Of a stretch of DNA of 64,000 bases, positions 13,174-25,720 are shown piece after piece (positions within the stretch are counted from its first letter, which is position 1; each line of letters begins with the position of its first letter). Source of the stretch: Podarcis filfolensis (taxonomy: Eukaryota); the NCBI GenBank assembly GCA_964270895.1, contig OZ185437.1. One strand, written 5' to 3'. The position numbers and the translations under genes are program-made. The notes beneath the pieces were generated by a model. It had not been told where the DNA came from, did no database searches, and worked only from the letters and a program-made list of their open reading frames with translations.

Positions 13174-16100
13174 AGTATGAAATACTTTTCAAGGCAAGTA
13201 CTTCCCTCACTCTTTCCCTGTCTCTTGTGCCCAGTTTCAGAGGATACTTCCTGGTTCATTAAACCACAGTTTCCCGTGGTGACTGAACTGAGAAACTGTA
13301 CCTTTAATAGCTGTGTAGAATAGGGAATTCTCTCAGCTGCACATATAAGAAGCTTCGCTGAAACTATTAAATGGTAGAACCCTCCTCTTTTCTTTGCCAT
13401 CTGACCAGCCTAGCTTGGAGTAGACCCTTGGTGCCCAGCAGATGTCACTGGACTACAGCTCCCATCATCCCTCACAATTGGGCCATGCTGGCTGGGACTG
13501 ATGGTAGTTGTAGTCCAGCAATATCTGGCAGGCCATAGATTGCCCTGTCCTTATTCCACAAGATGTGAGATGGGTGTAGACATGTGTCTTCTGATTTTGG
13601 CAAAAACTGCACATTTAATGGAACACATAGTTTTCTACTGAGCACTGAAGAGCAACCACTGAATAATACTTTCTTTCCTATGTTTTTGTTTTGCTGCTTC
13701 ACCTCTCTGTATCATTGCTCTGTTTTCCCCCTAAAACTTAACTTTTCTTTGTTTCCTTGATACATATATGGGGGGGGAGAGATTAAAGGGGAGGGGGAGA
13801 GAAACTTTTTGTCTCCAAACAAAACCAAAAGAAATTGCACACGTGTGCATTTAACCACAGAACCTCATTTAACTTGAACTGAGAGCAATTGAAGAAAGTT
13901 GCCTCTCTCTGGGGATTAATTCCACTTGCTGCATTTTAGAGTGATTTTGTACATAATTGTTTTTATTGTTTCCTTGATCTAATTAATCAGTTTCCTCTCT
14001 ACTTTATTTGGGTCTTACGCACAGCATAATGGAAGCACTGCTATGGCTGCAAAACAGAAGCAGCCAATGGAAGAGTCCAAAGATAGAGGATCTGCAATAA
14101 TTATGGACACAGTATAATCGTGGTGAAGCTGCTACAAAGCCCCATAATTTCAATTAAAGTGGTTTATCCAATTATTATATTTCAACTCTTACAGTAAAAA
14201 CATTTAAAAGAAAGTGATAAAAATAGCAGCAAATAAAATCATAAAAAGCAGGGGGCTAGCAAAAAAATTAATAAAAAGTTTAGCAGAACCAAGCAGAGGA
14301 GGTCTCAGAGGGAGGTAATTCCACACACGTGGGGCCACAACTGAAAAGGTTCTGTCTTTGTAGCCCATCAACCTAAGAACATAAGAAGCACCAACCACTG
14401 AATTATGACTCCCTTCTTTTCTGCCACGCCTCTTTTTACTAACAGTATATGAATAATTTAAATAACAACAGCCAAGGCTTTTTTTCACCTGTGCTCAGGT
14501 CCGGCACTTCTCAGGTGAGCGCCATTGCCATTCTAAGAGAACAGGGTGAATGGCATGGAGACAATGCTTTACCCCATTCTCCCCCATTTAAAAAAAAAAA
14601 ATCCACTAAAAACTGTTCATGGACATCTCTCCGAGCATACACATCCTTCTATGAAGTTTTGCCCATTATGCACACTTTTGACAACCCTAATCTTTGTATG
14701 CTAATACATGCATTTTTGTGCACCTCCCCCTAATGCAAACTTCTTTGCACAAATGTTTTGGTTGGAGAACTGCGTTGCAAAATGTGGAGAAGTGTGGATT
14801 TCAAAGGATAACTGTGTTTCAGTTTGCGTTGTTGCATCTGCGTCCTCTGGGTATTGCCAAACTACAACTCCCATCAGACCAGCCCAGCAACATCTGGAGG
14901 GCATCAGGTAGGCAAGGGCTTGTGTATTGTTTCACGAAGTGTTGATCCAGCCATATACAGGCGAAAGGAGGGTCGAAGGGAGGAATGGAAGGATCCTCAC
15001 AAAAGCATTGGTTTTCTGTAGCTTAAGGCACTCAGTGATCCAAACAGTTCCACAAAATGCCATCTGTTCTCTTGGTAAATGGCCACAGTCAGTCTGTCTG
15101 TCTGTCTGCTCATGTATGTGAGCATGTGGAGGACACATAACAGATTACAGTGCTGGAAAAGCATTTGTTGCAGCCTTTCATTAGCTGTATACATACAGTG
15201 TGAGTTAATGAGGAAGGGTGTCAATATTCTTTTAATGAGCTTGCCGTTCTTGCGGCAACAAGTTGAAATCCATGTGCCTGCAGAGACTAATAGCCCGGGG
15301 AACTGCACCATGTTAAACAGAGACTTTATTTATGTTCTTCAACCCCATATTTCCTCTTTGATGGCATCACTCTTCATGCAAACATCAGTTGCTGCTATCT
15401 TCTCCCAGCAAGTAATTCACCTCTGAAGCTGGGAGAAGATGAAAACATTGACATGGTGGGGATGAGAGGAATGTGTTAGATTCCCCCCCCAATTGCATAT
15501 GCTAAGTTTCTTTTAAATTATAGTTGTGTAACTGTTAAATAATCTGAATATAAGCATAAGCCAATTCACTCCCGCTAACAGATATGTTAAGTTAAAGGAG
15601 GGTTTTCTGTGTAAATGAGGAACCAACTGTGATTGTTTCTCGTATATAAATCTTTACCCTCTGCTTACCACAAGTTATGCACTTCCTTGTCATCTGATGA
15701 AACTCAGCTGTTCTAGTCTGCCTAGTAACCATCAGTCCATACCTCAGTCTATCTTGCTTCAGGCATGGGCATTTGAATTTTTTTGCTACTTTCTTTTTGT
15801 GACACATGGGGCTGAGACAAGACAGAGGTATGCAGAAAAGAGCATCGGGGACAAGAAGGAGAGAGAAAAATCGTCTAGCACACAAGATCCTATTTCTCCA
15901 CACTTAACCTTACAAATGATCATGGCCACAAGCATAAGAAGAACCCTAAATGGAAATAGATTTGCCTTTACATGTGAAAATCGTACAAAGCATAAATGTG
16001 GTTGCAAGCACAAAACAAGTGTAAATAATACTCTAGTTGAACATGGCTTGCACAACTTTTTAGGAAACATGAAGTAGGTGTTGATAACTAAATTCTGCTT

Positions 16101-17169
16101 GGTAACAGTTTACAAGCAAATTGATTTCCCCAAAAGGTGGTCCTACATTTTCTTTTAAACATCTAGTAAGTTTGATATTACAGAGGTGGGAATTACCTCA
16201 AACTGTGTGTCTGTTCCTTTAGAAAGGCCCCACTTTGAGGCGGCACAGAACACATCATTTCTCTCTTCCTTGGTGCCTGAACTAAGTCTTTAGAGATTTA
16301 CTTGGGCTTATTATCAGTTTATCAAAGCTGCAATGTAAGATTCTGTAGTTGAACCTGGTGGGATTTGTAAAAAAAAGGGGGGGAGGGGAACCAACTAAGG
16401 GGATTTGTGAAGGCATCCTTAATGGGATTTGGCCTCCAACATAATAAAAGGTGTCATTTTTAACATCTCTCACCCCTTAGGTGATATTTTTAAACCTTGA
16501 GGATGAAATAGCTCTCTGTGGGATTTGTTCCCTGTGCTTTAAATATCACTTATTTCCTTCAGACTAGGTAATTGGTGTTAGTTTTATGGTGCTGTGGCCT
16601 AGAGCTAAGATGAGTGAGTCTGAAAGGATCCGTCCCCTTTCACCATTTTGCTCATCCAAACAGAAACATGTCACAAAGCACTCAAGCGGTTTTCCACATT
16701 AACATTATTTTGTTTAGCTCTGTTTAAAGAGTCGCCGTGGAAACGGACAGTAGAGGCTGCCTTATATATATAATTGCTGCTTTGGTTCTCAATCCTATTC
16801 CTATCATTCTCTGTTAGCAATGATATGTTAAAGTTCAGAGCTAAATTTAACCCCTAGGGCATTATTTCTGCAACTGATGTTTTTCTGAACACACCATCAC
16901 TGTGGACCTGTTCACACTTTATTTAATGCCTTTATTTAATGCCGATTCAAATTCCCGCTTTAGATATATGTACAATTTGAAGAGTAGGATGAATCTGCCT
17001 TTTTTGCTTTATAACCGCTCACATCATGTGGGCAGTTACAGATTTTTCTAGGCCTCTCTTTCCTCCCTGTATTGTTACCTTTGCTCTCAAAGGCCCGGCT
17101 AATCAGGCCTCAGCAGGGGTGGGTTTATCACATCTTGATGCCTAAATCTCTCATCTCTTCCACAATATT

Positions 17170-17830
17170 TATTTATATTTTATCCAGAGTATTACAGTGA
17201 GTTAAAGTAAAAACAGAAAAAGAAAGAATAGGGGAAGAGAAAAAGAAAAAGGATACATAAAAACATTTTTAAAGGCAGAGGAAACCAGCAATAACAAAAT
17301 AACAATAAAATATAATTAAGGCGTGCTCTGGTCCATGGGGTCACGAAGAGTCGGACACGACTAAACAACAACAACAACAATAATTAAGGTTACAGAAATA
17401 TGTAGTATATATGTAAATGGATAAACTTATGGTTTCCCTCAAATATACATTGGTTCATGGATCACAATGGTTCCAATAAATACGTTCCAAATATCATTAA
17501 ATTTGTCCAAGCATAATCTTTGTCTGAAAGCAATCCTTTCATGGGTTGCAAGAGCTGTCATGTCATCTATCCATTGATGAGAGGGGGCCATATTTATTAA
17601 TGTCAATATTTTTACAGTTGTAAGGGCACAGAGAATCAATTTATGTTGACCACTTGTCAAGCCTCATATATTAATTATATCGTTTAAGAAGATGTTATCT
17701 TCTGACATTTTAAACTCTTTTCCCCACAGTAATATTTATACATCCCAGTATTTTTTTCCAAAAAATTGCAAACACCATATAAACATGTTTCAAAGAAGCA
17801 TCTCTTCCATGATGAAGGCCAAAGTTTCTC
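17170..17830 (-). mobile_element. Degenerate L1-clade LINE 3' fragment
   Basis: Minus-strand peptides ASLKHVY...FWKKILG and KILTLINMAPSHQWIDDMTALATHERIAFRQRLCLDKFNDIWNVF resemble the reptile L1 ORF2 C-terminus; A-rich 3' UTR. Boundaries approximate. Confidence 0.6.
17322..17379 (+). mobile_element. 5'-truncated RTE-BovB 3' end nested in the L1 fragment
   Basis: CGTGCTCTGGTCCATGGGGTCACGAAGAGTCGGACACGACTAAA(CAA)n flanked by a perfect 10-bp TSD ATAATTAAGG (17312-17321, 17380-17389). Confidence 0.85.
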
Positions 17831-18843
17831 ACTGGCCCATTTAATACTTCATCACTTCCTTCTTCCTGCCTTTTGTCGGCTGGAGTCACCGGCCCTGTTT
17901 GCACATCACAGTAAACTTTAGCTTTCCAGGACCACGTGAATGGGCTGCCTTTCAGAGAGAAGCTCACCTCTCTGTGCTCCAGTGAGTTAAAAGGACTGGG
18001 AAGGAGCAAAGAGTCAGCACTTTCGTGCTAAGCCATAGTTTGGCTTACCGCTTCATGCAAATACTGCCATTGCATTTCCGTCTAAATACAGTAATTATTT
18101 CTAAATTTGTACCTATGCACATAAATCAGCCTATGCAAATTTTACACAAAGTGGTTTCTTTCTTGTCCTCTTTTTTGTTGGTGCATACATGACCACTTGG
18201 AAAAGATGTGGACATTGCACTGAGCAGGCAAAGAGCCTGACTTAAGTCATGTTTTGAGTGCAGCTCAGACAAGCTGCTACAATCCTAAACAGCCGCTTTT
18301 CAGCCTTCCCTGGACAGGATTGCTATTTTTACACGAAGGCTTCTGCCATGTGATTTAACTTGGCAAACTTTGATAAATAATTTGTAAACCTCCCACACAA
18401 ACACACGTGTACAAGTCCCTCTCCTCTCTTGGCACCCTTTCATAAAAGAACCCATCACGGGAATGACACCCATTTCAATAATAGAATGGTTGCCCGTGTT
18501 GGAGGGCTGTCGCCATGACAACTGTGACAGGTGCACAAAACAGGGTTAGCTTGTTTTTGCTGGAAAGGTTGCAGCCATTATTTTTCATAAGCGCAACTCT
18601 TGGTGGAAACAGCGGCAAAGTGCATCCGTAGCTCCACACGGGAGCAAAGTGGTTTTCCCAAAAGCAATTGTATGTCTTCGATGTGCATAGAATAGACGGA
18701 TCCCCAAACTGCAATCCCATGCTGCTTAAACCCCATTGCTCGAAGCCCTCTTTGTACATTTGAAAGGTTTTGGGGTGGAAATGTGTGTTTTGGTGTTGGC
18801 ACTGGCCCTGCCCTTTCCAATCCTTCCACAGTCTGAAGCTCTG

Positions 18844-19370
18844 TTGTTTTTTTTTATAAATTTTTTATTGGTTTTTCAACACATATTGAAAGACAATACA
18901 ACACAATACATAAACAAACAAACAAACATATAAACACGTATAATTTCTTGACCTTTCTTTCCTTAAACCTTCTTTCAGCGACTTCCCCATACCTCCCCTT
19001 TCTGCATCCCTGTTTTAAATCATTCCAGCAACCCCTAATTTCAATTTCTTATAGCACTTTCTTTAAATCTTTTTTCTCATATCCAATTGTTTGTCACTGC
19101 AATTCTATTTTGCATTACCCAAGACATTTTAACATTCATTAATTTTACAACAATTCTTAAGATAAACTTTAAATTTCTTCCAATCTTCTTCCACCGTCTC
19201 TTTCCCTTGGTCACGGATTCTGCCAGTCATCTCCGCCAGTCCCATGTAGTCGATCACCTTGGTCTGCCATTCTTCCAGTGTGGGTAGTTCTTGTGTCTTC
19301 CAATACTTTGCTAAGAGTACTCTTGCTGCTGTTGTAGCATACATAAAAAACGTCCTATCTTTCCTTGACA
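18844..19370 (-). mobile_element. 5'-truncated L1 LINE insertion with perfect 18-bp TSD
   Basis: TSD CCACAGTCTGAAGCTCTG at 18826-18843 and 19371-19388; minus-strand ORF2 end RTFFMYATTAARVLLAKYWKTQELPTLEEWQTKVIDYMGLAEMTGRIRDQGKETVEEDWKKFKVYLKNCCKINEC*; AATAAA and A-rich tail. Confidence 0.92.
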
Positions 19371-19432
19371 CCACAGTCTGAAGCTCTGAAGGAGGATTAC
19401 CAGCATTCCCAGTCATGCAAGTGCCTCTAAGC

Positions 19433-19670
19433 CAGGGGTCAGCAAACTTTTTCAGCAGGGGGCTGGTCCACTGTCCTTCAGACCTTGTTGGGGGCTGGAC
19501 TATATTTTAAAGGGGGGGGGAGAATGAATTCCTATGCCCCACAAATAACCCAGAGATGCATTTACATTCTACTCATGTAAAAACATGCTGATTCCCAGAC
19601 CATCTGTGGGCCAGATTTAGAAGGCGATTGGGCCGGATCCAGCCCCCGGCCCTTAGTTTGCCTACCCATG
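19433..19670. mobile_element. hAT-family non-autonomous element
   Basis: Perfect 8-bp TSD CTCTAAGC (19425-19432, 19671-19678); imperfect TIRs CAGGGGTCAGCAAACT / reverse complement CATGGGTAGGCAAACT. Confidence 0.88.
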
Positions 19671-19791
19671 CTCTAAGCACTTTAAGCCATGCACAGTTGG
19701 AGGCCCCATCAATATATCCTGCTCAATGTGGGCAGGTTGCAGGGAGGAACAAACATGCCTGGTGCACCCAGGGACATTTGTAGGTAAGCGG

Positions 19792-20084
19792 CATAGAATC
19801 ATATAATTGTAGAGTTGGAAGGGACCCTGAGGGTCATCCAGTCCACCCCCTGCAATTCAGGAATCTCAAGTATAGCATCCATGGCAGGTGGCCATCCAAC
19901 CTCTGACTAAAAACCTCGAAAGAAGTCCACAACTTCCCGAGGGAGACTATCCCACCGTTGAACAGCTCTTACTGTCAGAAAGCTTTTCCATATGGCTAGT
20001 TGGAATCTCATTTCCTTCAACTTGAAGCCACTGGTTCAAGTCCTACCCTCTGGAGCAGGAGAAAACAAGCTTGCTCTATCTTCC
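19792..20084 (-). mobile_element. CR1 LINE 3' fragment
   Basis: CATAGAATCATA...GTAGAGTTGGAAGGGACC...GGTCATCCAGTCCA.. tail plus ORF2-end sequence (TTCCACCGTTGAACAGCTCTTACTGTCAGAAAG-like). Confidence 0.8.
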
Positions 20085-20739
20085 ATTCCAAACTCTGCAT
20101 TTTGGCCCATTTGAGCTTTCGGTTTCCCAGGCTAATTTTATTTATATATAAACATTCCCCTTTAATTTTTCATCATTGCTTTCTTTCACTGGGCTATAGG
20201 GCAAAAAGAAAACTTGGCCTGCTAATTACAGACTCCTTGTCTCCCCAGCTGCTTCCCATTTGGCCGAGATTTGCCAGCTGTAATCATCCAGCGAAGTGGT
20301 GTCTCTTTCAGAGAAACTAGTTGCTGCTGGGGATGAATCCTAACATTGGCTAAAGGTGGCAAGATGTGGCTATTAGCTGCTGAATAAAAACTGCTCCTAT
20401 TGTCAAATTAAATATTAAACACTTCATACTCCTTACGTCCTGGTTTCCAAAAATTGCAGGTGTCAGATAATTTTCAATTATGGCAGTGCAATAAACTAAA
20501 TGTCCCAGAAAGACCCTTTGAACCAACGAGCTGTGGAAAATAAATTGTCACAGTTGATTATGGCATTCAGAAATGACAGGCCTTTAAAGTCAAAGCATGA
20601 CAACACAAGAGTGTCAGTGATCATCAGCTGGAGGCTTGATTCTGCAAAGAGCAAGAGAGCTGGTCTCGAAAGCTGCAATGGAAGAGGCGGGGAAACATAT
20701 TAAGGCTGTTGGACTGCAACTCCCATCATCCTTTATTTT

Positions 20740-20957
20740 TATTATTGCATTTTTATCCCAGCTTTCCTCCAAGAGGCACAAGGTTGTTTACATGGTTCTC
20801 CCTCACCTTCATTTTATCCTCTCAGCAACCCTGTGAGGTAGCCTAGGCTGAAAGACCTGCCCAAAGGTTGCCCAGTGAGCTTCATGGCTGAGTCGGGACC
20901 AGAACTCTGATCTCCCAGGTCCTAGTCTGATACTCTTAACCATTACAACCACACTGG
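20740..20957 (-). mobile_element. Older MIR/Ther1-like (Squam3-type) SINE
   Basis: CAACCCTGTGAGGTAG...CCCAAAGGTTGCCCAGTGAGCTTCATGGCTGAG...CTCTTAACCATTACAACCACACTGG, the reversed CORE-SINE head and core. Similar decayed copies near 33597-33800 (+), 36236-36312 and 43920-44040. Confidence 0.7.
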
Positions 20958-21599
20958 ACCCTTAACCTTTAGCCATGTTGGTTAACCACACCTTCCCTGT
21001 TCCTGTATTCAGGCTCTGGTGAACATTCACCAGTTTTGATTTACATGCTAAAAACAGCCATTTGACCAGGTAGAAAACATTTTGTGAGAACATTCCTCTT
21101 TTTCTTCTATTCTTTTGGTGCCCAGCTGCCTCCTTTATGAGCGTAACTTACTCAAGGTGGCTTGCACAGAAATAAAAACAGCAGTGAGATGAAATAAACA
21201 CCAAATTTCCACTATAACTACATTTTTAGCAATAGTAAATGCATATCTAGGCCAGAAATAGAGCACAGTTTTAACAAGTCTTGCCAGCCAAAGGAGCTCA
21301 GTAATGAGATGAAATATCACTTACGAGTGTGCCACTGAGAACAAGTGGGTTTTCAAGGCTTTTCTGAAAACGTGAAGTATGGGCTTAAACGGTATTTCAG
21401 ATAACTCAAAGCTAAACCATTTAGCTCTGCGGTGTTTGGTTTGGTTTTTTGACTCAGCTAAACATCTTCCACCTTCAAAGGGATGTGTGCATCTGTCTCA
21501 GCCCTAGAACACATCCATTCCCAAACTGTTATTTTCCAGATAAGCGGTTCCCTCCACCTCGCCATCCAGCTCGGTTTCAAATACCTCACACTCCTTCCA

Positions 21600-21899
21600 G
21601 AGAGCCAGTGTGGTGTAGTGGTTAAGACCGGCAGTCTCGTAATCTGGGGAACCAGGTTCGTGTCTCCGCTCCTCCGCATGCAGCTGCTGGGTGACCTTGG
21701 GCCAGTCACACTTCTCTGAAGTCTCTCAGCCCCACTCACCTCACAGAGTGTTTGTTGTGGGGGAGGAAGGGAAAGGAGATTGTTAGCCGCTTTGATACTC
21801 CTTAGGGTAGTGATAAAGCGGGATATCAAATCCAAACTCCTCCTCCTCCTCTTCTTCTTCTTCTTCTTCTTCTTCTTCTTCTTCTTCTTCTTCTTCTTC
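21600..21899 (+). mobile_element. Young Squam3-type tRNA/CORE SINE with (TCC)n(TTC)n tail
   Basis: GAGAGCCAGTGTGGTGTAGTGGTTAAG (A box)...GGTTCG (B box)...GGGATATCAAATCCAAAC followed by about 63 nt of TCC/TTC repeats; highly similar to the copy at 34658. Confidence 0.85.
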
Positions 21900-22169
21900 C
21901 AATGGAAAAATTAAATCACAGGTGCAAGATCTAGAGGAGTAGTCAAGGGAACACTTAGGTTGGCAAGGGGTTGTGTCGGGGGGTGTTTCTGATGGTGGGA
22001 AGGGACACAAGGAGTGGCATTAAGTGAGCATGCATATGATCACAGAGTCCCCTCCTTCTGTTCAAATTAGACCAGAAGGTAGGCTTGTGTCAGGGCTGGG
22101 CCATTGGCAGATCAGAAAGGAGACTCAGAGACTGAAAGTAAAGTCAGCAGTTTAGTCAGTAAAATAGTA

Positions 22170-22388
22170 CAGTCGTACCTTGGAAGCCGAACAGAATCTG
22201 TTCCGGGAGTCCGTTTGACTTCCAAAATGTTTGATAACCAAGGCACAGCTTCCGATTGGCTGCAGAAGCTTCCTGCACTCAATCGGAAGCCCCATCGGAC
22301 ATTCAGCTTCCAAAGAAAGTACGCAAACCGGAACACTCACTTCCGGATTTGCGGCACTCGGAAGCCAAAACATTCCAAGGTACAACTG
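22170..22388. mobile_element. Tc1/mariner-type MITE (different subfamily from 2205/5412)
   Basis: TA|CAGTCGTACCTTGGAA...TTCCAAGGTACAACTG|TA; 16-bp TIR with one mismatch; TA TSD. Confidence 0.85.
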
Positions 22389-23628
22389 TATACAAGTAGA
22401 GAGAACGCAGGCATGGCTGAGCTCAGTGGCGATGTTGCCAAGACTAGCGCTTGGCCTCTCCACCTAAATCTTTTCCTCCAGATGCCTTCCAAGTCCAAGT
22501 CCGGGGTGGCCCAGTTGGGCTTTCTGAGCTTTCTGTTCAGCTTTCTGTTCAGCATGACCTTGGAGTAAAAGGAGGATGGGAGCTTACTACAGTGGGACTG
22601 GGCAGCTGCTGCGAAGCTGTTGCAGCGTCTGTCCCTTCCTCCTCCTCCTCTCCTTTGGGTCCGGGGCCTGAAGTGTCTCCCTCTGTAGCCTGTCCTGCCC
22701 TCAGACATCTTTACAGAACAACAGCAACAACAACTCCTAGAAACACCACTTGATTTTAATCTGTATTGGCAATACCACAGATTTATGAGTGAGAGCTTTT
22801 TTCAAGCAAACACACAGGTTAGGGCCCCAAGGCTTGAGATCCGAAATATTTTTTTCCAACCCTTTCAGTTGCTTGGGACTGCCTAGCTCATTAGGAATGC
22901 ATGTCTACTCAGGTGTAGGTGCCATTGAGTTCAGTGGAGCTTACTCCAGGTAAGTGGGCATAGGATTGCACCTTTAGCCTTTGTATGAGCCCATTGAGTT
23001 TCGTTCTTTCCATAATCATCCACTGAGTTTATTTTTTAAAATCCCCTTTATTCTGAAAGGTTTTAGGCTGTCTTCACACTCACTTAAGCCAGAGAAAGAT
23101 CCGCTAGCTCCTGCCAGCTATGAGCCTCACAGCTTTCCCTGTTCTGTGGCAGCCAATTACTGCCAATTGCCAGGGCAGTTTTGCAGTGTAGGCATTTGTA
23201 GATTGATTAAGCCTATCCACTTTTCCTACATTTGCTATCAGCTGCTGGTGCTGAAGGCGGTTGGCACCTGTCTGCCTCAGTGGCCCTGGAAAGTGCAAGG
23301 AGGAGACGCAGAAATCCCCTTGCGCCATTACTGATGGCCTGAGTCATTCCCTCTCTCCTGACCATTAGGCCTAACAAGAAAACGCCAGGAGCATTCTGCT
23401 CTTCCCTCTCCCCAACTCCCCCTCTTTCTTTCTACTATGATTATAATTAGAGGCTCTGCTTGTTGTTCTATTTTGAATTATAATTCACTAAGGCACATCA
23501 CCAGTCTCCAGACAAATGTTCTGGTGTCTGCAAAAGCATGTTTTACCTCCTCAGAATTTGCTCCTCGGAGAATCTCAAGTGGGAAAAACAAGAATTGCCC
23601 AGAATCTTGTTTCTTCCCCACCCCCCAC

Positions 23629-23630
<2 letters not shown>

Positions 23631-23674
<44 letters not shown>
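23631..23674. repeat. (AT)22 microsatellite
   Basis: Direct reading. Confidence 0.97.
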
Positions 23675-23676
<2 letters not shown>

Positions 23677-24532
23677 CTTTTTTTTTTAAATTAAGTTGAA
23701 GCAATTATTTGTGTCTGTAATATATTATTGATTTTTTTGAGAAACTTCGGTCCAGACACAAGCCAATGAACAAAAAAACAGGCACTGACAGCCAAATGAG
23801 TAGAGAAAATTACTGTTGTTTATCCTCATCGACTTTTTTTGGTAAATGTATTTATAACCTGCTTTTCGGTCCTAAAAAGAGCCCCCCAAGCCAGCTTGCA
23901 ATCAAATACACTAATAGCAGACTCAGCTCTCTGAGTGCTACTCCTTACACACATACAAGGGAGAAGAAATATCAGCAGTCTTGGGAGAGCCACATACTTT
24001 GAGTAAGCAGAAACACTCCAGCTTGTTTCCATGTGAAAAGAACAATAATGAACATTGTGGTCCTTTGGTTTTAAAAATCCACAGTTCCTTTTCACAGTAC
24101 CATTGTTTCACAGGCAGACGATGCCCGTATTGGTTTAAAAATGCTAGAAGCAAGGTTTTTATTTCATTGTAATATTCTTATACCTCTTACCATAAAAAAG
24201 AAATATATTAAGCAGTTGTGTTGAGGTATACAGAACTCTTGGCACTTCCAGACCAGCAGCTTCTTGAGCATTCATCCTGGTTTGTTTCCACAAGGTTGTC
24301 AGGAAGCATGTTGACTGTTCGTTGAGCGCTCATTTTGATTTGTTTGCAACCTCACCTTACTGCAAAAAGCAGGGTTGGTATTGGTGGGGGTTTGCTGTGT
24401 CCAACAGCACCAAATCCACTTCAACTATGCAGCCTTAATTTGCTGGCTTGTGGTTGACTTTTACCTGGAAAATAGCAACAGTCTGGAAATTCACTTAGAT
24501 GCTTGGAGAAGAATAAAAGAATCTCTGCACAA

Positions 24533-24590
<58 letters not shown>
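24533..24590. repeat. Compound (TG)8(AG)21 microsatellite
   Basis: Direct reading. Confidence 0.96.
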
Positions 24591-24595
<5 letters not shown>

Positions 24596-24646
24596 ATTGG
24601 GCAGAAATGGTGGCATACAGAGAAACGTTGCTTAGCAAGGCTGTGA

Positions 24647-24838
24647 GGCTAGGATTGTAGGCTCGGTGGTAGTGGATGTGGTTTGCATACAGAAGCCTCC
24701 AGGTCCAATCCTTGGCATCTAAAGTGAGGCAGCAGGTGATGAGAAAGGCATCTGCTTGGAGATCTCAGAGAGATGCTGCCCGTCAGAGCAGACAATGCTG
24801 CCCTAGAAGGACAAATAGTCTGACTAATACGGAGCAAC
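24647..24838 (+). mobile_element. Decayed tRNA-derived SINE with L2-like tail
   Basis: GTAGGCTCGGTGGTAG...GTTTGCATACAGAAG..CCAGGTCCAATCCTTGGCATC...GCTGCCCGTCAGAGCAGACAATGCTG; family of 5892-6091. Further fragments at about 39205-39275, 40174-40311 and 41212-41292 (minus strand). Confidence 0.62.
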
Positions 24839-24900
24839 CCCACTAGGCTCCTAAAATTGTGGGCTCCCTGATTTTAGAACGTTTGACTGCCTGTCTGTGA

Positions 24901-25720
24901 GGTGTGTACGGTGCACTTTGTAGAAACCGCGCAAAAGTTATGCATGCCACAATGTAAAGATTGCACTGAGCGACTTACCTCTAAACGGAGTTGGCAGAAT
25001 TCGTTAGTGGTGTTAATTATTCAAAGAAACAGCACAGCACTTAGTCAACCCTAAGCAGAGTATTTTACTAGTGTGCCGCTCTACAGCGTTTCTGCGACCA
25101 GCACCCCAAGCCCTGACTCACTTAGTCAGCTTCACTTTATTACTTATTCAGGAACAAAGAACCATTTTTCAAAAAGCGATCTTCTTTAAAAAGGAAAAAA
25201 AAAAAGAATGCTGTTCATCGTCCTCCTTCTGAAAGATTTCAGCTTCATTTTTCATAGAGCTGCACGAGATTGATAGTGATGCGTTAAACATTCACAGGAT
25301 GAAATGCCGCTACCGTGGTTCGACCCTCTTAGAGAGACACTTAAGGGAAGGTTGTTTAGGGGTGGGGAAAAACGCGGCATTTTAAGAGTGTTTGAGGTGG
25401 TTTGCTGCTGCTCTCTTCCAGACAACCGTACGTTTTTCAGGCTTGGAGGCGGGCACTGGCAAACAAACAAACCAGTGTACCTTTTAATGGTATGGTGATG
25501 GAAAGAAGGTGGACCTGTTTGATTTTCACCCGCCATCCAAGTTGCTACTAAAGGACTGCTCTGAAATGCTTTAAATTGCTATAACAGCTTGTCAGGTAGA
25601 CAGTCAACAGGTGCAGCTTCTCCCTACTACCGTCCGGGCGAGGGACGGTACTGTTGAACTTACTATACTTAGTGCTGATGATTCCGTGGGAAATGTTTAA
25701 AGCACCGGCAGATCTGAAAT
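24901..25720. promoter_or_regulatory. Candidate intronic regulatory element (CpG-retaining, non-repeat segment)
   Basis: About 28 CpG counted by eye in about 820 bp of AT-rich DNA, well above surrounding sequence; AP-1 motif TGACTCA at 25114-25120; no recognisable repeat. Confidence 0.4.

Noticed and set aside
21458-22010. ORFs including a poly-Glu tract (21783-22010) and near-identical ORFs at 34508-34992
   Set aside because: They are translations of Squam3-type SINE copies and their (TTC)n tail, not genes.
25675-25693. CTGATGA...GAAA hammerhead-like core
   Set aside because: The 8 nt between the motifs (TTCCGTGG) cannot form a credible helix II, and no helix I/III with a cleavage triplet is evident.
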